Counted from the stretch's first letter, positions 9,596-19,467 are shown. The stretch: DNA of 64,000 nt from Candidatus Woesebacteria bacterium (GCA_021208605.1 JAJOJK010000015.1:343-64342), one strand, 5' to 3'. A program made the numbers and translations. Notes: generated from the letters alone by a model not told the origin.

Positions 9596-10000
9596 ATGCC
9601 CAAACAAGACGTATCCGCCTTTTTCGCCGACATTCCCGAGCCACGCAAATCTCACTTTGAGAAACTGCATGCGTTTATTCGGAAACAGGCGCCAAAGTTG
9701 GAGCCATATATCGAAGGAAAATTCTTAGGCTATGGCAAGTATCACTACCGCTATGCTTCTGGGAGAGAAGGGGACTGGTTCACTGTGGGACTCGGAAACA
9801 ATAAAAATTCCCTGGCAGTGTATGTTGTCTGTACCGAAGACGGGAAATACATTACCGAAAAATACCAGGATCGGCTCAAAGCTGACATTGGCAAAAGCTG
9901 TATCCGCTTCAAAAAATTTGAAGATATTGATTGGAAAGTCTTGGGCGAACTCTTAACGGAGGCGCAAAAACTCTACCAACCGGTAGTTACCTCAGAGTAA
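9596..10000 (+). CDS. DUF1801 (YdhG-like) protein, third paralog
   Basis: Start at internal ATG (MPKQDVSAFF); 'FADIPEPRKSHFEKLHAFIRK...GKSCIRFKKFEDID'. Confidence 0.55.
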   Translation: MPKQDVSAFFADIPEPRKSHFEKLHAFIRKQAPKLEPYIEGKFLGYGKYHYRYASGREGDWFTVGLGNNKNSLAVYVVCTEDGKYITEKYQDRLKADIGKSCIRFKKFEDIDWKVLGELLTEAQKLYQPVVTSE

Positions 10001-10061
10001 CTGTTCCTGCTTTACCATTTTTTTGCCTGATGCTACAGTATTCTCAAACCAAAGGAGTTCC

Positions 10062-10313
10062 ATGCAGATGTGCCAAAGTTGTAGTATGCCATTCAATAAA
10101 GACCCTCAGCATGGAGGAACCGAAAAAGATTGATCCAAAAGCACAAAATACTGCAGCTTCTGTTACGAAAACGGAAAATTTAAAGACAATTTTAAAACTC
10201 CCCAAGAGATGCAAGAATTCTGCGTTAAGGTCATGTCAGAACAAGGAACCCCGCGTCTGGTAGCCTGGGTGCTGACTCGCGGGATTCCTCGTCTCGAGCG
10301 CTGGCGCGCTTAA
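10062..10313 (+). pseudogene. zinc-ribbon domain small protein with an in-frame TGA (codon 24)
   Basis: Strong RBS AAAGGAG 4 nt upstream of ATG. The full 83-codon frame gives MQMCQSCSMPFNKDPQHGGTEKD-TGA-SKSTKYCSFCYENGKFKD...IPRLERWRA, with two CxxC pairs. From memory the family has Gly at the TGA position. Confidence 0.5.
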
Positions 10314-10323
10314 GTTTACAGGT

Positions 10324-10875
10324 TTACTGCGCGGCATCCATATTCACGCCACCGCTAAAGAATCCACCAGTTGCTAACTGGGTGAGGCTTTTGTCAGCGT
10401 CTTTCTCTTCGGAAAGTGTTTGTTGCAGTAAGTCCACCACGTTACCGAGATTCAGCTGTTTGGCGTAGGCCACTGCGGCGCCGTATGCTGCGATTTCATA
10501 GTGCTCAACGCGTTGGGCAGCCGAGATAATGGCAGCATCTTTGGTGTCTGAGTCGTTTACTTCTTGGAGCATTTTACGACCCTCATCGAGGATGCCCCGC
10601 ATGCCAACGCACTCTACATTGGCCATTTCGTAGTCAATTTCTTCAGCGATAGTGTCCAGGCGAGAAATCTGCTGATTCGTCACATCGAGGTGCTCCGACA
10701 GCGCCGACTTCAGCTTGTCATCACTCGCCTGAGCGATCATCTTGGGCAAGGCATCAGTAATCTGCTGTTCAGCTGAGTAGAGATCAGCCAGCTCATGATG
10801 AAAGAGTTGGCGTAAGTTGGATATGGGCATGGGTGCTCCTTTGGGTGTTTGTGTAGTATTTGTAGAGTACGCCAC
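10324..10875 (-). CDS. ferritin-like DUF892 (YciE/YciF-like) stress protein
   Basis: 'LRQLFHHELADLYSAEQQITDALPKMI' N-term signature of YciE/YciF family. Confidence 0.6.
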   Translation of the reverse strand: MAYSTNTTQTPKGAPMPISNLRQLFHHELADLYSAEQQITDALPKMIAQASDDKLKSALSEHLDVTNQQISRLDTIAEEIDYEMANVECVGMRGILDEGRKMLQEVNDSDTKDAAIISAAQRVEHYEIAAYGAAVAYAKQLNLGNVVDLLQQTLSEEKDADKSLTQLATGGFFSGGVNMDAAQ

Positions 10876-10934
10876 TCAGACCAAAGGGACGATAAAAAAC
10901 AGTAAGACTTCCGTAAGAAGAATCTAAACTGTGT

Positions 10935-11588
10935 GTGGAGACTGGAAAGAAAGCGATTATACTGAAAACAAGGAACCCAATGTCACTGAGAAGACGGCAA
11001 AAAAATGAAAGTATTGACTGGAATTCGCAAGATGTACGCGCTCTGATCGCAGCGCTACGAGAGATAACTTTCGTTCTAGACAAAAATTCTTTTTCCGAAA
11101 AATTGGAGCAATTCAGTCAATGCCTGCAAGCAATACCATTCGAAGAAATACTGCAGTATGATGCGACAATTACTGAGGAATATTTTCGCTTACAAAAACC
11201 GCCACAAGAGAAAAGCAACGAAGCGGTATTTTGGGAAAATATTCACTATGGATTAAAAAGCCTCAGTGACCTCGATGCCACTACTTGGCACCCATTATTA
11301 CAAGCACTTTCAAATTCACGCCAAGAAATTGCTAAGCGCTTCTACGGAGAACAACTTACTCAACTCTATAAAAGCATCCAACGAGAAATTCATACCGCTT
11401 CAACCGAAACAAGCACCGTAATCAAACAAAAAATATTCCTTGATGGATTACACCAATTTTTGCTGGACATGACGCCTTTTCATTTTTCTTTGCCTTTTGA
11501 TACGTATGAAGAACGCCTCACTTATGCGTTAAATAACTTTCAAGTAGGCGTGCGTGCGCGACTCCAACAACCTGATTTGTACAAGTAG
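10935..11588 (+). CDS. hypothetical protein
   Basis: 217-aa ORF, no recognisable motif. Confidence 0.4.
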   Translation: METGKKAIILKTRNPMSLRRRQKNESIDWNSQDVRALIAALREITFVLDKNSFSEKLEQFSQCLQAIPFEEILQYDATITEEYFRLQKPPQEKSNEAVFWENIHYGLKSLSDLDATTWHPLLQALSNSRQEIAKRFYGEQLTQLYKSIQREIHTASTETSTVIKQKIFLDGLHQFLLDMTPFHFSLPFDTYEERLTYALNNFQVGVRARLQQPDLYK

Positions 11589-11593
11589 GCTAC

Positions 11594-12421
11594 TTACTGT
11601 AGAGCACGAAAAATACGGCTATAGAGCTCCACCAACACTTCTTCACCCACATCGGCAATCAGATAGTTATACGCTGGCTTGGTGTTGATCTCGAACAGCC
11701 ACATTTTTCCATTGGTGTCGACCGCGACATCGAGACCGCCGTATTGTAGGTCGAGTTCAGAATACATAGGCTGGATGTGATCAGCAATCTGTTTGATGAG
11801 AGTTTGATCAGTAATGACCCGCGCGTGCGCACCATCCCAGTGGAACGGACTGAGATTTCCCACAAACGTCGCTTCAGAAAAATCTTTTTCATACACAAGC
11901 ATGATTTCTTGTTGAAATACGATTACGCGAAACTCGCGCGCTATCGGCACGTATGCCTGCACCAGGGCGACGTGGTCATACAATCGTGAGGACTGGTCAT
12001 AGATGTGGTGGAGGGCGTTTTGTATTTCTGCAGAATTCGTACACTTAAAAACATTCTTCCCTTGTGAACCCCGGTTCATCTTTATGACGAGCGGAAAAGA
12101 GAAGTGATTCATGATGTCCTCTTCGATTTCTGCCACGGACTGAAACTCGCGAAACGGCTGGAAAACTGGTTCGCAGTCTGGATCGATATAGGATTTGCTC
12201 TTGGGAAGTGCGATGACTTCCTTGAGCAGCTCGCCGGTAAACGTTTTGTCGCTCGTGATTCTGGTGACGATATGCGAGTTGAAAGGAACTTCATTGGCAA
12301 TGAAGGTATAGGTCTGATCGTTGATCCAACAGCGCAAAAAAGCACCGCTTGAGCCGATATGCTCGTAGGGAATGCTGAGACGCTGGCATGCTTTTTGGAT
12401 GCAGTTGATATGTTGGTTCAT
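11594..12421 (-). CDS. ATP-grasp ligase (RimK/GshB-like)
   Basis: 'PLVIKMNRGSQGKNVFKC' and 'MWLFEINTKPA' ATP-grasp motifs. Confidence 0.65.
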   Translation of the reverse strand: MNQHINCIQKACQRLSIPYEHIGSSGAFLRCWINDQTYTFIANEVPFNSHIVTRITSDKTFTGELLKEVIALPKSKSYIDPDCEPVFQPFREFQSVAEIEEDIMNHFSFPLVIKMNRGSQGKNVFKCTNSAEIQNALHHIYDQSSRLYDHVALVQAYVPIAREFRVIVFQQEIMLVYEKDFSEATFVGNLSPFHWDGAHARVITDQTLIKQIADHIQPMYSELDLQYGGLDVAVDTNGKMWLFEINTKPAYNYLIADVGEEVLVELYSRIFRALQ

Positions 12422-12540
12422 GAGGAGACACCCCTAGGCCTATAACTCGATACTTGAGCCAGAGAGCCGTATTCTAAACCTATTATAAACCCTGTACACC
12501 CCTGGAGGGAAAAGAGTTATAGGCCTAGGGGTGTCTCCTC
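12422..12540. mobile_element. MITE-like element: 27-bp perfect terminal inverted repeats around a 65-bp spacer
   Basis: 12422-12448 GAGGAGACACCCCTAGGCCTATAACTC; 12514-12540 is its exact reverse complement; lies between divergent ATP-grasp and GT4 genes. Confidence 0.65.
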
Positions 12541-12587
12541 ATACCCAATTCTTACACAATTTCGGTCATACTACCCCCACTATGAAA

Positions 12588-13634
12588 ATCGCTATGATTT
12601 CGAGTCCCTTTGTACCCGTACCTCCCAAAAAGTACGGCGGGACCGAACGCGTCATCTATTACCTCATCAAAGGACTCCTTGAGAAAGGACACGAAGTCAC
12701 ACTCTTCGCCACTGGTGACTCCGAAGTCGAGTGCGAACTCGTGCCCATCTGTGAAAAACACCTCTTTTTTGGAAAAACGAAAGCGGAACAAGAACAGATT
12801 GTTGAAAAGTTGCAAGACATCGAGGCCTACACCAATAAGCTCTTACGAGAACGTGCCCATGAGTTTGACATTATCCACTCACATGGCTTTGATTTAATCG
12901 AGTTCCAACATTTGCCCAACGTGACCACCCTCCACGGCATGTTCACCTTGGAGGAAATGGAGTACTACGAGCAACGACAGTGTTTGCACTATGTGTCTAT
13001 TTCCAATAATCAACAAAAACCGTACCCTGATCTTGAATATGTAGGCACAGCGTATAACGGCTTAGATCCAGCTGAGTTTCCGGTTGTCACCGAACCTGAA
13101 AAATACGCTTGTTTCCTTGGCAGACTCGACCGAGAGAAAAATCCTGATAAAGCAATTGAGCTGGCCATAAGTCTCGGGATGCCAATTAAAGTAGCCGGTA
13201 AAGTTGATCATCTCGGTTCTGAGTACTTTGACGAAGTCCTCCAGCCACTCATGGAAAACCCACTCGTTGAGTTTCTTGGAGAAATCGGCATGGCAGAAAA
13301 AACGAAACTGCTCTCCAATGCTGCCGTAAATTTGCACCCCACGAACTTCCGCGAGCCGTTTGGCTTAACTGTTTTGGAAGCGGCGTACTGCGGAACTCCA
13401 ACCATAGCCGTGAAGCGCGGATCTATGTCTGAAATAATTGAGAACCACCGCACCGGTATACTGGTCGAAGACTTCACAGAAGCGTATCACCTCATGGAGG
13501 AGTGTTTAGAACTTGATCGAGAATATGTCGCACAGCGTGCACGATTGCTGTTCAACTACCACACCATGACCGAAAGCTACCTCAAGGCATATGAGCAAGT
13601 CACCACTGAGTTCGCTGCGCGTAACCAAGAGTAA
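12588..13634 (+). CDS. GT4-family glycosyltransferase
   Basis: Start at MKIAMISS; 'PPKKYGGTERVIYYL' N-term and 'EPFGLTVLEAAYCGTPTIA' GT4 C-term motif. Confidence 0.8.
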   Translation: MAMISSPFVPVPPKKYGGTERVIYYLIKGLLEKGHEVTLFATGDSEVECELVPICEKHLFFGKTKAEQEQIVEKLQDIEAYTNKLLRERAHEFDIIHSHGFDLIEFQHLPNVTTLHGMFTLEEMEYYEQRQCLHYVSISNNQQKPYPDLEYVGTAYNGLDPAEFPVVTEPEKYACFLGRLDREKNPDKAIELAISLGMPIKVAGKVDHLGSEYFDEVLQPLMENPLVEFLGEIGMAEKTKLLSNAAVNLHPTNFREPFGLTVLEAAYCGTPTIAVKRGSMSEIIENHRTGILVEDFTEAYHLMEECLELDREYVAQRARLLFNYHTMTESYLKAYEQVTTEFAARNQE

Positions 13635-13669
13635 CATCGATAAAAAGCCATTTTCTTTGCACCCAATCT

Positions 13670-15502
13670 CTAGGGACTATAGTGCTCCGAATGCAGGGCA
13701 CGCACCTTGATGTACTCACGAATAATGCGTCGACAGCCGGCGGCCGACCACAACTGAATCATGCTCATTTGCCCCTCTATACCTTCCTGGTCCAGATAAA
13801 AACGAGCGCGGTCTTGTTCGCGATCGTAGTAGTAGAGTTCGGTCACCGAACCAAGCTCTTCCCAACCACGGAAGCAGGCTTCGGCTGTTCGAGTAATGGC
13901 ATCATAGAGATGATCCATCACCAATCGAGGCCACCCAGCACGCAAGCCAATGCGATACTGTCTTGCTAAACCAGCAACAGCGAAGGCAGCCTGCTTCGGC
14001 CAAATAACTTTCCCATGATAATGTTTTTCGCTCAGCGCTTCGGTCGTTGCCGCTACTAAAATGGGACCCACTGGCGTGTAAAAGTACTTCTCAGACAGGA
14101 TACGATCCGCAAAACTCAGCGTATCTTCGAGTGACGGGTGACCATAGTACAAATCGTATGACTCATCAAGATGGGCAACTGAGAGCGGTTCAAGCTCCGG
14201 ACCGTGCAGAGCCAATGAATACCCACGCAAGTTAGCCGCAAAAAAGACCAGAAAACTATTCTTTTGCTGCTGCCACTGCGCAATCAACTGTTGTAAATGA
14301 CTCGTATCTTCAAAACCAAAGAAATCACTAAATCGCAGAATCATGCTCAACGCCTCTGGGTAGAAAATACAGTTCACATCATAGGGCGCAATGGGCGGTT
14401 TTTGCTGCGGAAAGGCGGCCAAGCTATCGCGCCAGTTGCCCACCTCATGATAGTCCTCACCATCGTCCGTCCCACGTTTTTTGAACGTGATAACATCACG
14501 ACTTTCTGCCTGCGTGACAATATACCGACCAATGGCACGCAGTTTGCGGGCAGTATCTTCCTGCAACAGAAATTGGCGGGAAACACGCTCCATGCCTAAA
14601 ATATAGAGCGGTTCAATATCAATCATTTTTCGATCCACGTGTTCAGAATCCTGCGACAAATAGCGAAACTCGCCAATAATATCTTCATGCCAACCTTGGC
14701 CGGATTCATCCACGTGCTTGAGTGATTGCTCATACATAAAATCGATCGTTTCGGTACTTAAATCACCAACACCAAGTTGCGCTGCTTCAATCCAGTCACG
14801 CGGAAAGATCGTGCCGTACTCAAAACTGCTCGTCTTGCGCGAAGTGACTAAATAGGCAATGTGTTGGCCGGCTTCTTCATACAGCTGCTGAATACTTTCT
14901 GACAAGGAAGTGAGCGGTAAACTCTCTGGCTTAAAAATGGGCGCCGTAAATTTGGACTCGGTAGGAATATTGGTTTCGGTGCGAATGAGCAGTTCGAGGG
15001 GTCTGGTACCTTCTAAAACAATATCGCCTGAGTCAATCGAAAGCGTATAGTCTCCGGCTACTTCAAGCGAAGCTCCATAGAAACGCTGCGTTTCGCCCTC
15101 ATTAAAATGACGCATAAATTGCAAACCGTGTACTGAGCCCTTGGTATACTCTTCCATTTCTTGCGGCAACAAAGTGGCGATCTCATCTCGAGCCAAGTCG
15201 CGATAGGTCGGGCGCGGCTGCACACCTTCTGTATGGTTGCGGAGCGTGCGAATGTTACACACTAACGGATAAGAAATTCGCACCTCATCGGCTGAAAACA
15301 ACACTTTTACCACCACATGACCACGATCAACCGTATATTCAGAAATCGAAAAGTCTACATCGTCTGAAATAACGGTAAATCCCAAAAACAAATGGTTGCC
15401 TGGACCGGCGATGCGCAACTGTCGCTGCTCATCAATATCAACGTAGTACTCTCCGACAACATGAAATTCCATAACTGTCCTCACCGTAACAAAGGGAGCC
15501 AC
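13670..15502 (-). CDS. large glycoside-hydrolase-like protein ((alpha/alpha)6 six-hairpin, GH63/glycogen-debranching-like)
   Basis: 610 aa; W/Y/acidic-rich C-terminal half resembling six-hairpin glycosidases; adjacent to GT4. Confidence 0.3.
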   Translation of the reverse strand: MAPFVTVRTVMEFHVVGEYYVDIDEQRQLRIAGPGNHLFLGFTVISDDVDFSISEYTVDRGHVVVKVLFSADEVRISYPLVCNIRTLRNHTEGVQPRPTYRDLARDEIATLLPQEMEEYTKGSVHGLQFMRHFNEGETQRFYGASLEVAGDYTLSIDSGDIVLEGTRPLELLIRTETNIPTESKFTAPIFKPESLPLTSLSESIQQLYEEAGQHIAYLVTSRKTSSFEYGTIFPRDWIEAAQLGVGDLSTETIDFMYEQSLKHVDESGQGWHEDIIGEFRYLSQDSEHVDRKMIDIEPLYILGMERVSRQFLLQEDTARKLRAIGRYIVTQAESRDVITFKKRGTDDGEDYHEVGNWRDSLAAFPQQKPPIAPYDVNCIFYPEALSMILRFSDFFGFEDTSHLQQLIAQWQQQKNSFLVFFAANLRGYSLALHGPELEPLSVAHLDESYDLYYGHPSLEDTLSFADRILSEKYFYTPVGPILVAATTEALSEKHYHGKVIWPKQAAFAVAGLARQYRIGLRAGWPRLVMDHLYDAITRTAEACFRGWEELGSVTELYYYDREQDRARFYLDQEGIEGQMSMIQLWSAAGCRRIIREYIKVRALHSEHYSP

Positions 15503-15618
15503 AGATTGTAAGGTATTTTACGCAACACCGACACAACTCTTACCGTTCTCTTACAAAAAGACCTATTTTTATACATTTTTGCTCCCGATAGTACTCGAGG
15601 TACCGGTACAATAGAGAT

Positions 15619-16299
15619 ATGCACAAAACGATTGTCATTATTGAAGACGTTCAAGACATGGCCCACTACATGCGTGACGTTCTTACCGAGGACGGTCACC
15701 AAGTGTACGTGAGCCTCACTGGAACGGAAGGCCTGAAACTCACCCGGCAGCTGATGCCAGAAATTGTTTTACTCGACTTGAATTTGCCGGACATCAACGG
15801 ACGTTCTCTTTGTGAACAAATTAAAGATGAGTTTCCGGAGCTCACACTTATCATGGTCACGGGTGAAGACACGCCAGCATCCGTCGCCAGCGGACTCAAC
15901 CTCGGTGCCGATGATTACATAACAAAGCCGGTGAGTCCAGAAGTACTCTTGGCCCGTATTCACGCCCGTACGCGTTCAGTGACCAACGATGCCCACGTCT
16001 TACAAGTCAATGACCTCACACTCAATCAGAAAACACACGTTGTGAAACGTGGCGACAAAGACATTCAACTATCCGCCCAAGAATTTAAGTTACTTGAGTA
16101 TTTGATGGAAAATCCGAATCAAGTATTAACACGAGAAATGATACTGGCTCGCATTTGGAAGAGTAGTCCTGATATTCAGACTCGTGTTGTGGACGTGTAT
16201 GTAGGCTACTTGCGCAAAAAAATAGAGTTCAAAGAACCAAAACTGATTCACTCTATTCGCGGCTTCGGCTATATGTTGTCAGAAAATCCGCCCGCGTAG
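15619..16299 (+). CDS. OmpR-family response regulator
   Basis: Receiver (LLDLNLPDINGRSL...KP) plus winged-helix output (VVDVYVGYLRKKI...IRGFGY). Confidence 0.8.
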   Translation: MHKTIVIIEDVQDMAHYMRDVLTEDGHQVYVSLTGTEGLKLTRQLMPEIVLLDLNLPDINGRSLCEQIKDEFPELTLIMVTGEDTPASVASGLNLGADDYITKPVSPEVLLARIHARTRSVTNDAHVLQVNDLTLNQKTHVVKRGDKDIQLSAQEFKLLEYLMENPNQVLTREMILARIWKSSPDIQTRVVDVYVGYLRKKIEFKEPKLIHSIRGFGYMLSENPPA

Positions 16300-16339
16300 C
16301 AGTATCTTATTGCAGTACTTGTGTTCCAGAAAGAAATTC

Positions 16340-16705
16340 TTATTTTGCGGTGCGCAGTACAGAAACGAGGCTCGCTAAATCAAGCGGTTTTTGGAAAAAA
16401 CGTCGAATAAACGGAGAGTGCGCTAAGGCTTTCGAATCAGGATCGGAAGACATCACGTAGATGTCGCAATTGACTTTGATGTTTTTCGTCGGGAGCGTTT
16501 CGTTCAACTTCTCAACAAACTCAGCTCCTTTCGGTTCATCGCCAAACCAGACATCAACTAAACACGCATCGGCATTCAGCTGAGCTATCTGTTCTACCGT
16601 GGGCGGGGATTGAAACGTAATCACCCGGTATCCTTCTTCAGTTAAAATATCTTTTAAAATACTTGCCAGGTCGACGTCATCATCAAAAATTACAATACTG
16701 TCCAT
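16340..16705 (-). CDS. single-domain response regulator receiver
   Basis: Start at MDSIVIFDDD; CheY-like fold. Confidence 0.55.
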   Translation of the reverse strand: MDSIVIFDDDVDLASILKDILTEEGYRVITFQSPPTVEQIAQLNADACLVDVWFGDEPKGAEFVEKLNETLPTKNIKVNCDIYVMSSDPDSKALAHSPFIRRFFQKPLDLASLVSVLRTAK

Positions 16706-16786
16706 ATCTCTTGTTAACCAATCGTTGTATACGTATAGTACCAAACCTGAGGAGTTTTTCGGTAAGAACCGAGTAAGAATCGAGGG

Positions 16787-17884
16787 TTATTGGGAAGTAG
16801 CTTTTTTGCGGGGGAGACGAATGGTAAAAGTAGATCCCTTTTCGAGCTCACTTTCTACATGTATCGTTCCGTTATGCTGTTCCACAATTTCTTTCACGAG
16901 CGCCAAACCAAGTCCCAAACCGCGTGCCTTCTTTTTCATTTTTGCTGAACGAAAATATGGTTCAAAAATATAGGGAATTTCTTCTGGGTCGATCCCGACA
17001 CCCTCATCTTGGATACTCAGTGTGACCCATTTTCGGCTCGCGCTCAGAGTGACTGTAATGGGTGCACTCTCCTCTGAGTATTTCATGGAATTTAAAATGA
17101 GATTCGTTATCACCTGCGACATCCGAGCTCGATCCAATGCACACTGCACCTTCCCTTGAGAAGAGAAGTGAAATTGACGGTGATGATCCGCCGACTGCAA
17201 ATCTTCAACCAAACTACGCACAAACTCTTCCACTTCTGTTTCTTGAGGCTGAATCTTCAATGACTGCAGTGAGATTTTAGAGTTATCAATAATATCGTTG
17301 AGCATCTGCACCACAATATTGATTTGGTTATTGATACTCTTTGGATACTTGTCTGCCGAAGAAGCATTTTTACTGAAATGTCTTTCTAGGTAATAGGTAT
17401 AGGCTTTAATCAGACCGAGTGGCTGTTTGAGTTCGTGACCAATTGTCTTAATAAAGAGCTGGGTGTTTTTACGCAAGAGTTCGGTGCGATGGATGCGCCG
17501 AATGCTCAGAACACCGTATACATACTCTGAATTTTTATCGGTCTCATCTTCATGGAATAACTGATATCGCAATCGAATCTTAGGATGATTGGTCTGACTC
17601 CGTGCGAGAAAACGAGTGGCTGTATCAAATTTTCCAAAAGAATCCTTATTTAACAGCTCGTCAATCGAGTAACGATCCTCTTCATGAAACACACAGTATT
17701 CGGAGAACAGATTTTTGACTGTGCTGCGGCCAGTAATTTTTTTGCCCAAGATCTGTTCCGAAAACTCATTCGCGGCTCCATTAGCAAAAATAACTTTCTG
17801 TGTTTTGAGATCAATAATAAAAATGCAATCTGAAACTGTATTAAGAATATCTTTATAGACAGTAGTGGAGAGGAAACGCTTCAC
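16787..17884 (-). CDS. sensor histidine kinase (PAS + HisKA + HATPase_c)
   Basis: H-box 'IGHELKQPLGLI', N/G boxes 'ILNSMKYS...DEGVGI...GLGLGLALVKEIV'. Confidence 0.8.
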   Translation of the reverse strand: MKRFLSTTVYKDILNTVSDCIFIIDLKTQKVIFANGAANEFSEQILGKKITGRSTVKNLFSEYCVFHEEDRYSIDELLNKDSFGKFDTATRFLARSQTNHPKIRLRYQLFHEDETDKNSEYVYGVLSIRRIHRTELLRKNTQLFIKTIGHELKQPLGLIKAYTYYLERHFSKNASSADKYPKSINNQINIVVQMLNDIIDNSKISLQSLKIQPQETEVEEFVRSLVEDLQSADHHRQFHFSSQGKVQCALDRARMSQVITNLILNSMKYSEESAPITVTLSASRKWVTLSIQDEGVGIDPEEIPYIFEPYFRSAKMKKKARGLGLGLALVKEIVEQHNGTIHVESELEKGSTFTIRLPRKKATSQ

Positions 17885-18051
17885 TGGGGTATTCTATCAG
17901 TTCACCGAGAGAAGCATTGTAAGGATACTGATTTGAGAAAAAAGAGCACAGGAGATTTGGTAAATGAAACCTCTCTCCACACCAACCAAAACGAAGACGG
18001 CGGGTGAAACAGTCTCGTTCCACCCGCCGTCAACAAGCCAGAAATTTGTAG

Positions 18052-18288
18052 CTACGACCAATTCTTGCGAATATCTTGCATCTTGGCCTCCATTTGATTG
18101 CCCCATTCTTTCAATTGAGCATCAGCCTTATCGGTTGCCTGATCAAATTCTTCTTGCATGTTTTGCATTTGTTCTTCAATCTTGGAATCAGCGGCCGATT
18201 CCTTCATCTCGGCTTGGCGCTTCTGCCAATCAGCTTGCAGCTGCTCCCATTGAGCTTGAAGTTTGTTGAGGTAGGCGTTATCTGCCAT
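18052..18288 (-). CDS. small acidic coiled-coil protein
   Basis: 78 aa, Q/E/K-rich heptads. Confidence 0.35.
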   Translation of the reverse strand: MADNAYLNKLQAQWEQLQADWQKRQAEMKESAADSKIEEQMQNMQEEFDQATDKADAQLKEWGNQMEAKMQDIRKNWS

Positions 18289-18366
18289 AGTGGTTCCTTT
18301 CTCTTTTTGTGTTCAGTGTGTTTTGGGATAACCCGATGTGCGGTATCTACGGTAGGGAAGAGCACA

Positions 18367-18576
18367 CTACTCATCTTCATCTTCCACCCACTCGCCATCG
18401 TCGTTTTTATGATAGGAGTTTTTGACAGCACTCCAGGCCACCCGATGCGAACGCTCTTCATCACCGCCATACTGTTCGTGAGCACTGTTGAAGGCTTCCA
18501 TATAAATTTCTTGGGCGTGGTGCGGTAAATTGTCCGCCACTGACTCGGGGAGTTCATCCAGTGAGCTATAGGGCAT
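18367..18576 (-). CDS. ChaB-family protein
   Basis: Start at MPYSSLDEL; 'LPESVADNLPHHAQEIYMEAFNSA...RVAWSAVK'. Confidence 0.55.
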   Translation of the reverse strand: MPYSSLDELPESVADNLPHHAQEIYMEAFNSAHEQYGGDEERSHRVAWSAVKNSYHKNDDGEWVEDEDE

Positions 18577-18680
18577 GAAACGTTCCTTTCTGTTGTTTTT
18601 TTGTATCTGTGTTTTGTACACGTGCGTCGTGTGCACGCAGCTGTAATAGCAGCGGGTGTGGCGATGCGTGACTCTAGTCG

Positions 18681-19175
18681 TTATCGACTCATCGGCATTG
18701 GTGTTGCTGAATCATCTGCACGGATATCCGCTTGCAGATTCTCGATCATGCGCTCCGCCGTTTGGAGGGCATCGGCACTTTCTGCTTCGACTTCCTCACG
18801 CAGCTGCGCTAAGTCGGTTTGCATCTCCTGCCAGGATTCGCTGCTTTCTTGATCTGCCGTTTGGTATGCTTGACGCAGATCCGCTTCTAAGGCGTTGAGT
18901 TCTTCATTTACCTCTTCGCTCGAGTCTTGAAGCGCTAAGCGTCCACGAATAATTTGCAACCGTGTTTCAGCACGAGCCCGAGCTAAACTTGCTTCTGTCT
19001 CGGCTGTAAACTCGTTCCATTCTTCGTTGAACTCGGCGCTCATCGTTGCGTTTTGCGCATTTTGCGGCCGCATATCCCGGTCGTCATCCATGGGCATTAC
19101 CTGACTTACCGCAAAAAGTGAAATGAGTATACTCAGTACGGAGAGTCCCAGCGCTATCCCCACAGATGTGGACAT
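18681..19175 (-). CDS. membrane-anchored acidic coiled-coil protein
   Basis: N-terminal TM helix then E/Q/A-rich coiled coil. Confidence 0.35.
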   Translation of the reverse strand: MSTSVGIALGLSVLSILISLFAVSQVMPMDDDRDMRPQNAQNATMSAEFNEEWNEFTAETEASLARARAETRLQIIRGRLALQDSSEEVNEELNALEADLRQAYQTADQESSESWQEMQTDLAQLREEVEAESADALQTAERMIENLQADIRADDSATPMPMSR

Positions 19176-19229
19176 ACCGGTGTCTGTTTGTGTGTCTCTC
19201 TTCGAGATGATTTCCTTCCTGTTTTTTTA

Positions 19230-19373
19230 AAATACAAGTGACCATACTAAGTAGAGGATCAGCAGTGCTACTAAAGTTCCCGCGATTCCGCGTGGAATCG
19301 GAACAACAGCAAGCACAAAGTTCGCTAAGAGTAGGAAAACAATTATTCCAACAATTAATTCTAAAATTCCCAT
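19230..19373 (-). CDS. small hydrophobic membrane peptide (47 aa)
   Basis: ATG...TAA ORF translating to MGILELIVGIIVFLLLANFVLAVVPIPRGIAGTLVALLILYLVWSLVF; absent from the ORF track (shorter than 60 aa). Confidence 0.3.
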
Positions 19374-19467
19374 ACCTACTTTCTAGGTGTTTTTTATGAT
19401 TACTTGTCACTATAGAGGGAGGAGGTCAGAGTAGGATGAAAATGGTGTAAGGATAAAGTAAGAAGTA

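Noticed and set aside
10062-10313. Considered that the in-frame TGA means the genome uses an alternative code (code 4/25, TGA sense) and the ORF track is misleading
   Set aside because: Long genes (781, 621, 610, 532, 473 aa) are uninterrupted under the standard code. TGA also terminates several genes (e.g. 4414..4749) where reading through would fuse unrelated ORFs. The TGA here is therefore local, either a nonsense mutation or site-specific recoding.
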